Assembly (NCBI GenBank): GCA_041477815.1
Contig: JBGOUV010000002.1
Span: 1-50,440, forward strand
Source: Terriglobia bacterium
Lineage (GTDB): Bacteria; Acidobacteriota; Terriglobia; Bryobacterales; JACQDG01
DNA length: 50,440 nucleotides
Direction of reading: 5' to 3'
In this document: positions 9,366 to 20,820 of the stretch, piece by piece
Numbering within the stretch: the first letter of the stretch is position 1
Layout of the letters: each line of letters opens with the position of its first letter
Notes under the pieces: generated by a model
Database searches by the model: none
What the model saw: the letters and a program-made list of their open reading frames with translations, nothing else
What the model was told of the DNA's origin: nothing
Position numbers and translations under genes: made by a program

Positions 9366-10781
9366 TTACGCCAGGATCTCCCGGACCACCTGCCCATGAA
9401 CGTCGGTCAGGCGGAAGTTGCGGCCCGCATGGCGATACGTCAGCCGCGTGTGATCCAGCCCCAGTAAATGGAGAATGGTCGCGTGCAGGTCGTGGAAGTG
9501 GACCTTGTTCTCCACGGCGTAATAGCCGTAGTCGTCCGTGGCCCCGTAGGGAAGTCCGGCCTTGACACCGCCCCCGGCTAGCCACATGGTGAAGGCTTCG
9601 GGGTTGTGATCGCGGCCGTCGGACCCCTGCGCAGTCGGCGTGCGTCCGAATTCGCCGCCCCATAGCACCAGGGTGTCCCGGAGCAGCCCGCGCGCCTTCA
9701 GATCCGTGAGCAGGGCGGCGATGGGCTTGTCCACTTCGCGGGCGTTCTGGGCGTGGTCGCGGCGCAGGCGGGAGTGTTGATCCCACTTGTAGGTATGGCT
9801 GACCTGCACGAAGCGGACGCCGCGCTCGGAAAAGCGCCGCGCCATCAGGCACTGGCGTCCGAAGTCCTCGGTGATGGGATCGTCCATCCCGTAGAGCTTG
9901 AGCGTCGCCGGGGACTCGCCCGAGATGTCCTGCAACTGCGGCGCTTCCGACTGCATGCGGAAGGCCAGCTCAAAAGACTCGATGCGCCCCTCCAGGGCGC
10001 GGTCGGGACCGGTCGCCGCCAGTTGCTCGCGATTCAGCTCCTGGATGTAGTCAATCTCCATCCGCTGGATGTCCCGAGGCGTTTCCTGGTTGGCGATGAA
10101 CGGAATCCTGGCCTCGCGCGCCGGAATCCCCACCGCGCCGATCGACGTTCCCGCGTACGGCGCCGGCAGAAAGGCCGAACTGTAGTTGTTGGCTCCGCCG
10201 TGGCTCTGGGTGGGGCAGATGGTGAGGAAGCCGGGCATGCTCTGGTTCTCGGAGCCCAGGCCGTAGGTAATCCACGAACCCATGCTGGGCCGCACGAACG
10301 TATCGCTGCCGGTGTGCAGCTCCAGCAGGGCGCCGCCGTGCCGCGAGTTCGACCCGTGCATGGACTTGATAAAACATATATCGTCCACGAACCGGGCCAC
10401 CTCGGGAAACAGCTCGCTCACCCACATCCCGCTCTGGCCGTGCTGCCGGAACTCCCAGGGCGATTGCAGCAGGTTGAACGTCTCGCTCGAAACCACCTTG
10501 GGACGCGCAAAGGGCAGCGGCTTGCCGTGGTCCCGCTTGAGCAGCGGCTTGTAGTCGAACGTGTCCACCTGCGACGGTCCGCCGTGCATGAACAGGAAGA
10601 TGACCCGCTTCGCCTTGGGCTCGAAGTGGGGCGTCCGTACCGCCAGCGGATTCGGAGTCCCCCGCGTCTCCGCCCCCAGCAGCCCGGCCAGGGCAAGGCT
10701 TCCGAATCCGGCGCTGGCCGTCTGCAGCAGCTCCCGCCGCGACATCCGGCGGCCGAGATAGGGGTTCCAGTGCGCATTCAT
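9366..10781 (-). CDS. DUF1501 family protein (Tat)
   Basis: SRRELL, AKRVIFLFMHGGPSQVDTFD, WDQH, GEFGRTP, GRDHNP. Confidence 0.93.
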   Translation of the reverse strand: MNAHWNPYLGRRMSRRELLQTASAGFGSLALAGLLGAETRGTPNPLAVRTPHFEPKAKRVIFLFMHGGPSQVDTFDYKPLLKRDHGKPLPFARPKVVSSETFNLLQSPWEFRQHGQSGMWVSELFPEVARFVDDICFIKSMHGSNSRHGGALLELHTGSDTFVRPSMGSWITYGLGSENQSMPGFLTICPTQSHGGANNYSSAFLPAPYAGTSIGAVGIPAREARIPFIANQETPRDIQRMEIDYIQELNREQLAATGPDRALEGRIESFELAFRMQSEAPQLQDISGESPATLKLYGMDDPITEDFGRQCLMARRFSERGVRFVQVSHTYKWDQHSRLRRDHAQNAREVDKPIAALLTDLKARGLLRDTLVLWGGEFGRTPTAQGSDGRDHNPEAFTMWLAGGGVKAGLPYGATDDYGYYAVENKVHFHDLHATILHLLGLDHTRLTYRHAGRNFRLTDVHGQVVREILA

Positions 10782-10790
10782 AGGCGATCC

Positions 10791-13700
10791 TCAGTTCAGA
10801 TAAATGAATTCATTCGACGCCAGCAGCGCTTTGCAAAAACTCTGCCAAGCGAATACACGCCGCTCGGCCGCCTCGGCTTTCCGATTCTCCATGGCCCGCT
10901 CCACGCCCGCGATGAACGTCAGCGCCCGGTCGATTTCTCCCGGAGCCGCCGGCCTGCCGAGCGCCCGCTCATAGGCATGGTGAATCCGTCCGGGGTCGTC
11001 GAGATCGGTACGAGCCAGCAACCCCTCGGCCATCTTCCTGGTATGTTTCAAAACTACCGATCCGTTCATCATGAACAGCGCCTGCGGGGCGACCACGGTG
11101 GAGTCCCGGTCCCCGTTGGACATGGAAGAGTCCGGCAGGTCGAAGGCCTGGAAGACCTCGTACATCGAGCTGCGGACGATGGGGAGGTAGACGGCGCGGA
11201 TGTTCCGGTCGTAATCGGGGGCTCCCCGCTTCTCAGTATTGCTGACATACTGGCGGTCCTTGTAGGTGAGGATGGATCCGCCCGGCGTGAAATCAAGATC
11301 GCCGGCAACGGCCATGATCCCGTCGCGGATGGCTTCAGCTTCGAGACGACGCCGGTTCATCCGCCACAGCAGCGTGTTTTCCGGGTCGATCTCCACCGCC
11401 CGCCCGTCGTACCGCGTGCTCATCTGGTAGGCGCTCGAAAGCATGACCAGCCGGTGCATCGCCTTGATCGACCAGCCGCGCTCGATGAAGCGGAGTGACA
11501 GCCAGTCGAGCAGCGGCTGATTGGTGGGCGCTTCGCCCAAACGCCCGAAGTTGTCGGGCGACGGCACGATCCCCCGGCCGAAATGCCAGCGCCAGATGCG
11601 ATTCACCATCACGCGACTCGTCAGCGGGTGGTCCTTCCGGGTCAGCCATTGCGCCAGTTGCAGGCGGCCGCTCTCCTGGTTGCCAATGGCCGGCTGATTC
11701 TCGCCCGCGATCACGCGGAGGAAGCGGCGTGGCGTTACCGGACCAAGCGTCCAGTGGCTGCCGCGAATGTGAATGGGCAGATCGGCGATCTGGTCACCCT
11801 CGCGGACCCCCATCGCTTGCGGAAACTCCGGCGTGGCCTCTTCCAGCGCTTTCTGCTCTTTCTCCAGCTTCGCCAGTTCCTGCCGGGTTTCCGCCGAAAA
11901 GTATTGCCTGGAGTCGGCCGGCGGACGGAACGGTCCGAATTTTTCGTACAGAAGCTGGCGCAGGGCTTCCAGGCCGGCGTCCGGCAGCCCGGGTTCCTTC
12001 TCGTCCTTCTTGTAGCGCTCCTCCTTCTCGTAGGCGACCTCGCGGTCGGGATGCAGCGCCTGCCACTGCCGCACCGACTCGCGGAACAGGTCCTGGTAAC
12101 GGGCGGCCAGTTCCTGGCGGTTGGCGGGGCGGAAGTCCTGGAACAGCTTCGCGGCGGGTGAGGACCATTCCGCGAGCGACTGCCCCGAGCCGTAGACGTT
12201 CCAGGCATACAGCACGGAGTGCGGCGCGCCCTTGGATCGGCGCAGATGATCGACCCATTGTTCCAGGAAGCCCGGATTGATCCCGTACTGGCGCGCCAGC
12301 TGCGCCGGCGTCTTCGGCGCCGGTACGCCCTGGGGAAGCGGGTTCGGGGCCACCAGAAACTTTTCGAAGTAGGGGAAGCGGTTCTTGTGCTCCAGACGGA
12401 GGATGTTCTTCCCGGCGGCCAGCGGGAAAATGCCGGCGACCGACCACCCGCCGGCGTCCGGCGAGGCCGCGCGGTTCTCAATCGGCTCCGCGCCCCGTTT
12501 CACCAGCACACCGTTGATCCACAGATCCGCGGTGCCGCCGCCCTTTTCTTCCTCCAGAACGTCGATCTGGTAGTCGCCCGCCGCGGCGACCGTAAAATCG
12601 TACTCCGCGAAGAAAGGACCCTTCTGGCCCACCGGAATGTTCCTCTGTCCCTTTTGCGGCGGGCGCGAGATGTTGCCGCGCTCGAAGCTGCCGGACTCGC
12701 GAACCGCCAGCCCGGAGCCGGCGGGCGCGGGCTGGAGATGGACCTGGTCGTAGCGCTCGACGTCGCCGGCCGCCAGCAGGTAAGCGCCGGCCGCCTGCCT
12801 GGCCTGCGCCACCAGCTTCGCGTTCTCGGCCTGCACGAGGCGGCTGCTCTCCCTCTTCTTGGCCTCGATCTTGTCTTCGTGCGCCTGGAGGCGGTCGCGG
12901 TCTTCCTGGGGCGCCAGCACATACTCGTGCCACTTAGCGACCACCTTGAAGTTCTCCATCGTCCTGGAGCTCTTGAAGATGCCCGCCAGCGAGTAATAAT
13001 CGGCCGTGGGGATGGGGTCGAACTTGTGATCATGGCACCGGGCGCAGCCGACGGTCAGGCCCATGAAGGCGCGGGCGGCGGTATCGAGCTGCTCGTCCAC
13101 AATGTCCATTTCCATCTTCACCGGGTCGTCCTCGGCGAGCATCTTGGCGCCGAGGGCGAGGAACCCGGTCGCCGTCCAGCGCTCGAAGCTGGTGGCGAGG
13201 TCGCCGGGCCCCGGGAGCAGGTCGCCGGCGAGCTGCTCGGGGATGAACTGATCGTAGGGCTTGTCCGGATTGAAGGTCTGCACGACATAGTCGCGGTAGC
13301 GGAAGGCGTTCTTGTACACCAGGTTTTCGTCCAGACCGTTGGAGTCGGCGTAACGGGCGACGTCCAGCCAGTGGCGGCCCCAGCGCTCGCCGTAGCGCGG
13401 CGAGGCCAGCAGGCGATCCACCACGCGGGAGAAGGCCTCCGGCGTCCGGTCGTCCAGGAAGGTGCGGACGTCGTCCGGCGTCGGCGGAAGTCCGGTCAGG
13501 TCGAACGTGGCCCGGCGGATCAGGGTCCGCTTATCCGCCGGCGGCGCGGGCGTCAGTCCCTTGGCCTCGAGCGCGGCAAGCAAAAAAGCGTCCAGCGGCG
13601 ACTTCACCCAAGCCCGGTTCTTTACGTCGGGGAGGCGAGGTTCCTGCGGCGGAATGAACGACCAGAACTTCTGCGACTCCGCGGGCGGCGGCGTCCCCGC

Positions 13701-14066
13701 GGCGCCCCACGGCGCGCCCCGTTCCACCCACTGCGCCAGGATCGCGATCTCGGCGTCCTTAAGCTTGCCGGTGGGCGGCATCCGCAGCTTGTCGTCCACC
13801 TGGCGAACTGCGCGGATCAGCAGGCTCGCTTCCGGCTTGCCGCCCACAATCGCCGGACCGCGCGAGCCCCCTCTTTCCACGCCTTCGCGGCTATCCAGTC
13901 GAAGCCCGCCCATCAACGGCCGGCTCGCCACCGAGTGGCAAGCCAGACAATGTTGCGCCAACAGCGGTCGGACGTTCTTCTCGAAGAAGTCCGCTCCCTC
14001 GTTCTGCGCCGAAGCGCGACCAGCGAGGACGAGGAGACCCACCACGTGGACCGGAAAACGCCTCAT
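10791..14066 (-). CDS. Planctomycete cytochrome c / DUF1549 / DUF1553 (PSD1) protein with a beta-sandwich insert
   Basis: [50 protein letters not shown]. Confidence 0.92.
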   Translation of the reverse strand: MRRFPVHVVGLLVLAGRASAQNEGADFFEKNVRPLLAQHCLACHSVASRPLMGGLRLDSREGVERGGSRGPAIVGGKPEASLLIRAVRQVDDKLRMPPTGKLKDAEIAILAQWVERGAPWGAAGTPPPAESQKFWSFIPPQEPRLPDVKNRAWVKSPLDAFLLAALEAKGLTPAPPADKRTLIRRATFDLTGLPPTPDDVRTFLDDRTPEAFSRVVDRLLASPRYGERWGRHWLDVARYADSNGLDENLVYKNAFRYRDYVVQTFNPDKPYDQFIPEQLAGDLLPGPGDLATSFERWTATGFLALGAKMLAEDDPVKMEMDIVDEQLDTAARAFMGLTVGCARCHDHKFDPIPTADYYSLAGIFKSSRTMENFKVVAKWHEYVLAPQEDRDRLQAHEDKIEAKKRESSRLVQAENAKLVAQARQAAGAYLLAAGDVERYDQVHLQPAPAGSGLAVRESGSFERGNISRPPQKGQRNIPVGQKGPFFAEYDFTVAAAGDYQIDVLEEEKGGGTADLWINGVLVKRGAEPIENRAASPDAGGWSVAGIFPLAAGKNILRLEHKNRFPYFEKFLVAPNPLPQGVPAPKTPAQLARQYGINPGFLEQWVDHLRRSKGAPHSVLYAWNVYGSGQSLAEWSSPAAKLFQDFRPANRQELAARYQDLFRESVRQWQALHPDREVAYEKEERYKKDEKEPGLPDAGLEALRQLLYEKFGPFRPPADSRQYFSAETRQELAKLEKEQKALEEATPEFPQAMGVREGDQIADLPIHIRGSHWTLGPVTPRRFLRVIAGENQPAIGNQESGRLQLAQWLTRKDHPLTSRVMVNRIWRWHFGRGIVPSPDNFGRLGEAPTNQPLLDWLSLRFIERGWSIKAMHRLVMLSSAYQMSTRYDGRAVEIDPENTLLWRMNRRRLEAEAIRDGIMAVAGDLDFTPGGSILTYKDRQYVSNTEKRGAPDYDRNIRAVYLPIVRSSMYEVFQAFDLPDSSMSNGDRDSTVVAPQALFMMNGSVVLKHTRKMAEGLLARTDLDDPGRIHHAYERALGRPAAPGEIDRALTFIAGVERAMENRKAEAAERRVFAWQSFCKALLASNEFIYLN

Positions 14067-14077
14067 GAGTGACTATT

Positions 14078-15466
14078 CTACGCCAGAATCCCCCGAATCA
14101 CCTGCCCGTGGACGTCGGTAAGCCGGAAGTCCCGGCCGCCGAACCGGTAGGTGAGCTTCTCATGATCCAGGCCCAGCAAGTGGAGGATCGTGGCGTGCAG
14201 ATCGTAAACAGTTAGGACGTTCTCCACCGCGCGATAGCCGTATTCGTCGGTGGCCCCGAAAATCGTGCCGCCTTTGATGCCGCCCCCGGCGAGCCACAGG
14301 CTGAAACCGGACGGGTTGTGGTCGCGGCCGTCCTTGCCCTGCACGAAGGGACTCCGCCCGAACTCGCCGGACCAAATGACCAGGGTGTCCTGAAACAGGC
14401 CCCGGACTTTCAGGTCCTGGATCAGCCCGGCGATGGGCTGGTCGACGTGGAAGGCGTTGGACTCGTGGCCTTCCTTCAGCTTGGTGTGCTGGTCCCAGGA
14501 GTTGCCGCCGCCCAGGCCCTTGGGCGGCACCACGGTCAGCTCCACGAAACGGACGCCGCGTTCCACCAGCCGGCGGGCCAGCAGGCACTGGCGTGCATAG
14601 GCGGCTTTGCCGGGGTTAGGGGAATCGAGTCCATAGAGTTTCTTGGTCGCTTCCGATTCGCCGCGCAGGTCGACCAGCTCGGGCACGGCGCTTTGCATGC
14701 GATACGCCGTTTCGTAGTTCTTGATCGCCGTTTCGATCTGGTCGTCCTGATCGGCGCGGGCGAGGAAATCGCGGTCCGCGTGGGCGATGAAGTCGAGGCG
14801 TTTCCGCTGCCGGGCGTCCGGTTCCTGGGGGGTGATGTTTTCGAGCGGCTGGTCGCGCTCCGGATAGAGGAACGATCCCTGGTGGACGGCGGGCAGAAAG
14901 CCGCTGCCAAAAACGTTGATCCCCCCCAGCGGGATTTCACCGCTGCCGAGTACGACGAAGCCGGGGAGGTTCTCGTTGAGCGTGCCAAGACCGTAGTTGA
15001 CCCAGGCGCCGAGGCTCGGAAAACCGGTAAGCGGGCTGCCGGAATGGTAGTAGTTGTTGGCCTGCGCGTGCTCCATGAACTTCACGGTCATGGAGCGGAT
15101 CACGGCCAGGTCGTCGGCCACGGCGCCCAGGTGCGGGAACAGGGCGCTCACCGGAATCCCGCTCTGTCCGTAGTTCTTGAACTCCCACGGGCTCGGCATG
15201 ATGTTGCCGTTCTCGTTGAACATGGTCCGGTCGATAGGTACGGGCATGGGCTGGCCGGCTTCTTTGGACAGGCGCGGCTTGGGGTCGAACGAATCGATGT
15301 GCGAGACGCCGCCGGACATATAACAGAAGATCACGTTCTTCACGCGCGGCTTGAAATGCGGGGCGGGGGCGGCGCGGCCCTCGCGCGCCATCAGCCCGGC
15401 CAGCGCCATCAGACCGAAGCCGCTCGACGCCTGAGCGAGGATCTCGCGCCGGGTTCTAAGGAACAT
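14078..15466 (-). CDS. DUF1501 family protein
   Basis: [36 protein letters not shown]. Confidence 0.93.
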   Translation of the reverse strand: MFLRTRREILAQASSGFGLMALAGLMAREGRAAPAPHFKPRVKNVIFCYMSGGVSHIDSFDPKPRLSKEAGQPMPVPIDRTMFNENGNIMPSPWEFKNYGQSGIPVSALFPHLGAVADDLAVIRSMTVKFMEHAQANNYYHSGSPLTGFPSLGAWVNYGLGTLNENLPGFVVLGSGEIPLGGINVFGSGFLPAVHQGSFLYPERDQPLENITPQEPDARQRKRLDFIAHADRDFLARADQDDQIETAIKNYETAYRMQSAVPELVDLRGESEATKKLYGLDSPNPGKAAYARQCLLARRLVERGVRFVELTVVPPKGLGGGNSWDQHTKLKEGHESNAFHVDQPIAGLIQDLKVRGLFQDTLVIWSGEFGRSPFVQGKDGRDHNPSGFSLWLAGGGIKGGTIFGATDEYGYRAVENVLTVYDLHATILHLLGLDHEKLTYRFGGRDFRLTDVHGQVIRGILA

Positions 15467-18400
15467 AGAGGAACTCTTTCATATTGAACACCGCCAGTAC
15501 CAGGCTCCCCAGGCCGTTCTCGGCGGCGTAGGTTTGGGCGCGGTCTCGCTCCCCCGACTCGGGCCGGCGACCCAGCGCCCGCAGATAGAGCGGTCCGACT
15601 GGATCCGGCTCACCGCCCAGCAGGTTGGCGCATTTTTCGGACTGACCGGTCACGAACGCGCCGTTCATCAGCGCCAGGGACTGGGCGGGAACGTTGGTGA
15701 CGTCCCGCCGGCCTCGCGTGGTGGTAGGCTTGTAGGCGTCGAACACTTCCAGGAAAGGATGGGTGGCGTTGCGGCGAATCTCCAGATACACGCTGCGGCG
15801 GCCGTCGCCGTCCAGCGGCCCCTTCGGGCGGTCACCCTTCGTCTTGCCGGTATCGTGGGCGTAATACACACGGACGGACTCGCCGTACATCTTCCGATCG
15901 AGCCGGCCGGAGACGGCCAGGATCGCGTCCCGCAGCTCTTCGGCTTCCAGGCGCCGCAGGGGCAGGTGGTGGAACAGGTCGTTGGCCGCGTCCACCTTCC
16001 GGGCCTCAGGCGGCGCCACACTGCTCATACGGTAGGTCTGCGAGGTGAGCAGCAGTCGCAAAGTCTTCTTGATGGACCAGCCGTCTTCCACAAAGCGGCC
16101 GGCCAGCCAGTCCAGCAGCTCGGGGTGCGTCGGTTGGTCGCCCAGCTTGCCGAGGTTGTCAGCCGTACGCACGATCCCCCGGCGGAATACGTATTGCCAG
16201 AGCCGATTGACCAGGACACGCGCCGTCAGCGGATTTCGCGGGCTGGCGATCTCCTCCGCGAGGCGCAGGCGGTCGGGGAGCGGCCGGCTGCCGAGTGCCG
16301 CGAGGTAGCGCCGGGAAACCAGCTCGCCAAAGTCCTTGTGGCTGCCTCGAACCAGAAGCGGATGGTCGGCCGCAGGCTCCTGCAGAATTCCGGGGGCGCG
16401 GCGGGGGACCGCGATCTCTTGCTCCAGGCGCCGGTATTCGGTCACCAGGTCCGGGAATTTCTCCGTTGAGTTGCTCAGAAGCTGGTTCCGCACGAAGTAA
16501 TCGAGCAGCGCCGCCTGCGCGTTGGTGAGCGCGCCCCTCGACCACGTTTCCACGCCGGCCCCAAGCCGCGTCTGGAGACACCCCGCATACATCTCCCCCG
16601 GACAGTCGAGCACCGCTGCCACGGCCGGCTCTTCTTCCTTGGGCATGACCTTGCTGTCGTGAAAGACGATCTGCGAAACGCCCAGCCACGAGCGCCCGTC
16701 CTTCGCCACCGTCGTCTTGGTGCGCTTGGCCTCCTCCTCGGCCGTGGATAAGGTGACGTCGTCTTTGGTGGCGAACTCGATATAGCCCGTGAAACCCTTC
16801 CAGAAGGTCGTGTCCCACTGCAGCCAGCCCATCTGGTCCCGCGTGGCGATGTGGCGCAGGTTATAGATGCCGCCCCGAGGCACGGCGTAGTTCTCGACGA
16901 TCAACTGGGCGGAGCTGAAATTGCCTCCCAGCATCCGGAAGCTGATATAGCCGGTCTCAATTTTGAAGCGCGGCGACGTGATGACCGCGCCGTGCTTGCG
17001 TGAGAGCAGGCCGGTGTAGACGCCGGCGGGATAGATACCGTTGACGATCCGCGCGCCCTCCGGCTCTATCGTGAATTCGCCGGCCGCAGAGGGCTTCTCC
17101 GGCGCTCCCACGCCTTGGCGCAGCCAGGCGTCGTATTCCTGGGACGTCAGGTCCCAGACCTTACGGAAGTTCTTGGCGTTGAATTCGCGGCGCGCCGCCA
17201 GCTCCGCGCGCCAGCCCTCCGCCCAATCCCGGGCAGCGCGAGCGTCGCTCAGCGTTACCACCGGGTAGAGCGGACTCTCCCGGTCGTTATGGACCTGTTC
17301 CACCAGGCGCGCCTCCAGCTTCTGGGCGAACAGGTGATCGCTCTCGCCGCGCCACCGCGCCGCCAACTGCCGCCGGATCTCGCCCTTGAGCCGGGCCAGC
17401 TCGCCGCGATGGCGGTCGAGGACCTCGGGCGTATCCACGGCGACCTGCGTGGGACGCGCCCCGTAGAGGATCCCGAACAGGGCATAGAAGTCCTTCTGGC
17501 TGATGGCGTCGAACTTGTGATCGTGGCAGCGGGCGCAGGAGATGGTGATCCCCTGGAAGGCCTTCGAGATCACGTCGATCTGGTTGTCCATCCATTTGAC
17601 CCGGTCTTCCCACGGGTCCACCGGCTGGAAACCGTGCTCCACCATGCGGAAGTGCGCCAGGCCGAGCAGGGACTCGTTCAACTGCTCGCGCCGGTTGTAG
17701 CGCGGCTGGGGCAAAAGGTCCCCGGCAAGATGCTCGCGGATCAACTGGTCATAGGGAACATCAGTATTGAAGGCGCGGATGAGGTAGTCGCGGTAGCGCC
17801 ATGCCGCCGGCACATCGGGATCGCCTTCGCTGCCGTGGGACTCGCTGTAGCGGAGGAGGTCCATCCAGCGCCGGGCCATCCGTTCGCCGTAGGCGGGCGA
17901 ATCGAGCAGGCGGTCGACCAGCCGCTCGTAGGCGTCCGGGGCAGTGTCCTTCTCGAAGGCAGCGATGTCGTCCGGCGTGGGCGGGAGTCCGGTCACGTCA
18001 AAGAAGACCCGGCGCAACAGCGTGAGCTTCCCGGCCGGAGCCGCCGGCCGCAGGCCCTTCTGCTCCAGCTTGGCCAGAATGAACCGGTCGACGGGCTGGA
18101 GCGGCCAGCGCGCGTCTCGTACCTCGGGCGGCGTCGTCGCGCGGACCGGCTGCCAGGCCCAGTGCTCGCGCTTACGGGCCTCCAGGTCGAAGGCGGAAGC
18201 AGCGGCTGGTGGCGCCTTTTCGTCGGGCCAAGGCGCTCCCATCTCGATCCACCGGGCGATGGCGTCAATCTGCTCCTGCGGCAGTGGACCGGTGGGCGGC
18301 ATCCTTACCTTCAATTCGCCCCTTACTGCCCGGAGCAGCTTGCTCTCCGAGGGTTTGCCGGGGACGATCACCTTCAGGGCCTCGGCCTTCGAGTCCAGCC

Positions 18401-18539
18401 GCAGTCCGGCGAAGGCGGCTTTCACGCTGCTGGAGTGGCAGGCGAAGCAATGCTGCGAGAGCAGGGGCCGGATTTGCTTCTCGAAGAACTCCAGATCCAC
18501 AGCCGTTGCTAACAATAAGACGACAGCGGGGCCAAGCAT
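15456..18539 (-). CDS. Planctomycete cytochrome c / DUF1549 / DUF1553 (PSD1) protein
   Basis: [40 protein letters not shown]. Confidence 0.92.
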   Translation of the reverse strand: MLGPAVVLLLATAVDLEFFEKQIRPLLSQHCFACHSSSVKAAFAGLRLDSKAEALKVIVPGKPSESKLLRAVRGELKVRMPPTGPLPQEQIDAIARWIEMGAPWPDEKAPPAAASAFDLEARKREHWAWQPVRATTPPEVRDARWPLQPVDRFILAKLEQKGLRPAAPAGKLTLLRRVFFDVTGLPPTPDDIAAFEKDTAPDAYERLVDRLLDSPAYGERMARRWMDLLRYSESHGSEGDPDVPAAWRYRDYLIRAFNTDVPYDQLIREHLAGDLLPQPRYNRREQLNESLLGLAHFRMVEHGFQPVDPWEDRVKWMDNQIDVISKAFQGITISCARCHDHKFDAISQKDFYALFGILYGARPTQVAVDTPEVLDRHRGELARLKGEIRRQLAARWRGESDHLFAQKLEARLVEQVHNDRESPLYPVVTLSDARAARDWAEGWRAELAARREFNAKNFRKVWDLTSQEYDAWLRQGVGAPEKPSAAGEFTIEPEGARIVNGIYPAGVYTGLLSRKHGAVITSPRFKIETGYISFRMLGGNFSSAQLIVENYAVPRGGIYNLRHIATRDQMGWLQWDTTFWKGFTGYIEFATKDDVTLSTAEEEAKRTKTTVAKDGRSWLGVSQIVFHDSKVMPKEEEPAVAAVLDCPGEMYAGCLQTRLGAGVETWSRGALTNAQAALLDYFVRNQLLSNSTEKFPDLVTEYRRLEQEIAVPRRAPGILQEPAADHPLLVRGSHKDFGELVSRRYLAALGSRPLPDRLRLAEEIASPRNPLTARVLVNRLWQYVFRRGIVRTADNLGKLGDQPTHPELLDWLAGRFVEDGWSIKKTLRLLLTSQTYRMSSVAPPEARKVDAANDLFHHLPLRRLEAEELRDAILAVSGRLDRKMYGESVRVYYAHDTGKTKGDRPKGPLDGDGRRSVYLEIRRNATHPFLEVFDAYKPTTTRGRRDVTNVPAQSLALMNGAFVTGQSEKCANLLGGEPDPVGPLYLRALGRRPESGERDRAQTYAAENGLGSLVLAVFNMKEFLYVP

Positions 18540-18562
18540 CTGGCATTAGTGTAGCTGAAACG

Positions 18563-19816
18563 TCACCAAGCGTCGCGGTTGGCGATGCGAACGCGGTACA
18601 GAGGCTGGTCGCGCTCCGCCGGCTCCATCTCGTAGGTCTGCTGGGTCTTGGCCGGATCGTAGTCCCGCCACAGCCAGGCCAGCGAATCGGGCAGATCGAG
18701 GGCGCCCTGGGCGTTGGCGTGCATACCCTCCCCGAACCGGAAGTGGAAGTCGTACCCGCGCAGCTTCAGAGAATTCGCCAACTGGATGTTCTGGAGCGGC
18801 CAGCTTCCGGTGGGACCCTCCTGGTCGTCGGCGCCGTCGGACAGCCAGATGCGAATATTTCGCTTCGGCTCGCGCCGGACCCGGAAGGGGTAGATGTTGC
18901 CACCGTCGAGACGATCCTCGGGGCGCCACTGCAGGGCGGTATAGCTTCCGATGTGTGAAAGGACGCGGCTGAACCGGTCCGGGAAGTGCCAGGCCACGTT
19001 GAGGGAGCAGATTCCCCCGGAGGACAGGCCGCCGATGCCTCGGGAATAGGCGTCGGGGCGGAGTTTGTACGATTTCTCCACTTCCGGCAGCACTTCCTCC
19101 AGCAGGAAGCGGCCGTAGCGATCCGATACCGTGTCGTACTGAATACTGCGCATGGGGGGTCCGCTGCCGGGAGCGATCATAACGTGGATCAGCGGCGGGA
19201 TCAGCCTGCGCTGCAGAAGGTTCTCGGTGACGGTGAACAGCCGAAAGGCGAACAGGTCGCCGCGTGCCAGGTTCTGCCCGTCCTGCCACAGCATCAACGC
19301 CGCCCCTCGGGACGGATCGTAACCGGGGGAGACGTAGACCCAGTAGTCGGCGGTCATGCCGGGGTAGATCTTGCTGCTGATTACTCTCTCTTCCGACAGG
19401 GTTCCCTTCGCAGTGCCCGGCTGTGGATAGGAATCGGCGCCGTACCCCGCCACATCATAACGATAGGCCGTTCCCAGAGACTTGCCATCCGCATAGAACT
19501 GGTAGTTGTGCGTCACGCCGATCCGCAGCCGCTGGAGCCGGTACCAGATGCTGGAGCCCGGAACGCGGGTCATCGGAGCCGGGGGTTGTCCGTCGATGGA
19601 GACCGCCGCCACCTGGCCGGTCTCGATGGCGAAGAGGAAGTCCTGTCCCCACACCACCGCCGCGCCCCGCTCCCGCAAGTCGAAGACGGTCTTGGGGAGC
19701 AGGTCCTTCAATTCCGGCGACTGGGCCCGCGCCGCCTCGATGGCAGCCTGCAGCGGGTGGATTTGGGCGGGGGCGGCAGCCACGGCTAACAAGAGCACCG
19801 GAAGTATTCTCGTCAT
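18563..19816 (-). CDS. Exported alpha/beta-hydrolase (enterochelin-esterase-like)
   Basis: Signal peptide, WQDG, GLSSGG nucleophile motif, GEGMH. Confidence 0.85.
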   Translation of the reverse strand: MTRILPVLLLAVAAAPAQIHPLQAAIEAARAQSPELKDLLPKTVFDLRERGAAVVWGQDFLFAIETGQVAAVSIDGQPPAPMTRVPGSSIWYRLQRLRIGVTHNYQFYADGKSLGTAYRYDVAGYGADSYPQPGTAKGTLSEERVISSKIYPGMTADYWVYVSPGYDPSRGAALMLWQDGQNLARGDLFAFRLFTVTENLLQRRLIPPLIHVMIAPGSGPPMRSIQYDTVSDRYGRFLLEEVLPEVEKSYKLRPDAYSRGIGGLSSGGICSLNVAWHFPDRFSRVLSHIGSYTALQWRPEDRLDGGNIYPFRVRREPKRNIRIWLSDGADDQEGPTGSWPLQNIQLANSLKLRGYDFHFRFGEGMHANAQGALDLPDSLAWLWRDYDPAKTQQTYEMEPAERDQPLYRVRIANRDAW

Positions 19817-19857
19817 ACGGCGTCCAGTTTACCGCCGAAAGGTGTATCTTGAGGGAC

Positions 19858-20820
19858 GTGTGGTGCCTCCTCTTGCCGGCGGTCTTCCTGCTGCAGGCGC
19901 AGGAGGCGGCTTTCTCCGCCGGCGTGCGGGTGGTCAACGTCCTGGCCACGGTGCGGGACAAGCAACGGCAAATCATCCGCGATCTCACCAAGGACGACTT
20001 CCTGCTGGAGGAAGATGGCCGCCCCCAAGCCATCCGCTATTTCTCCAGTCAGGCCGGCCTCTCCCTGACCCTGGGGCTGCTGGTGGACACCAGCGGGAGC
20101 CAGCGGCGCGTTCTCGGCGAGCAGCGCCAGGCGAGCCACCGCTTCCTGCAACAGGTGCTGCGCGAGGGCCAGGACCAAGCCTTCGTGATCCAGTTTGACC
20201 ACCAGGTGGAGTTGCTGGAGGAACTCACCTCCTCGCGAGAGGAGCTGGCGAGTGCGCTGGCGTTATTGCTGGCGCCGCCGCCGCTGCCGAGCCACTGGCA
20301 GGCGTACCAGCCTGCTCCTCGGGGCGGCCGGGTTAGTCGGGGTACCTCGCTCTACGATGCGGTCCGGCTGGCGTCCGACGAGCAGATGCACGAGCAGGCC
20401 GGCCGCAAAGCTCTTATTCTGCTCTCCGATGGCGTGGATGCCGGCAGCAAGGTCTCTCTGGATGACGCCATTGAGGCGGCCCAACGTGCCGATACCCTGG
20501 TCTACTCCATCCGTTTCTATGACGAACGGGCCTACAGCGGCAAGCGCCACCGGCCCGACGGCAAGAAGACTCTCGAGCGGCTGGCCAGGGAAACCGGCGG
20601 CGGCTACTTTGAAGTATCCAAGAAGCAGCCCCTCGAACGGGTTTTCGAGCGCATGGAAGAAGAATTGCGCAATCAGTATAGCCTGGGCTACACGCCGGAC
20701 CGGCAGGCGGGCGGGGAATTTCGCAAGATCCGGCTGACCACCAAGCAGAAGGGGCTGCTGGTGCAGAGCACCGACGGGTATTACCCGCACGGAACTCTTT
20801 CTACGGCCCCAGCACCGTAG
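19858..20820 (+). CDS. Acidobacterial-type VWA domain protein
   Basis: VVNVLATVRDK, DTSGS MIDAS, GTSLYDA, LLSDGVD, ETGG, ELRNQYSLGY. GTG start is inferred. Confidence 0.88.
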   Translation: MWCLLLPAVFLLQAQEAAFSAGVRVVNVLATVRDKQRQIIRDLTKDDFLLEEDGRPQAIRYFSSQAGLSLTLGLLVDTSGSQRRVLGEQRQASHRFLQQVLREGQDQAFVIQFDHQVELLEELTSSREELASALALLLAPPPLPSHWQAYQPAPRGGRVSRGTSLYDAVRLASDEQMHEQAGRKALILLSDGVDAGSKVSLDDAIEAAQRADTLVYSIRFYDERAYSGKRHRPDGKKTLERLARETGGGYFEVSKKQPLERVFERMEEELRNQYSLGYTPDRQAGGEFRKIRLTTKQKGLLVQSTDGYYPHGTLSTAPAP

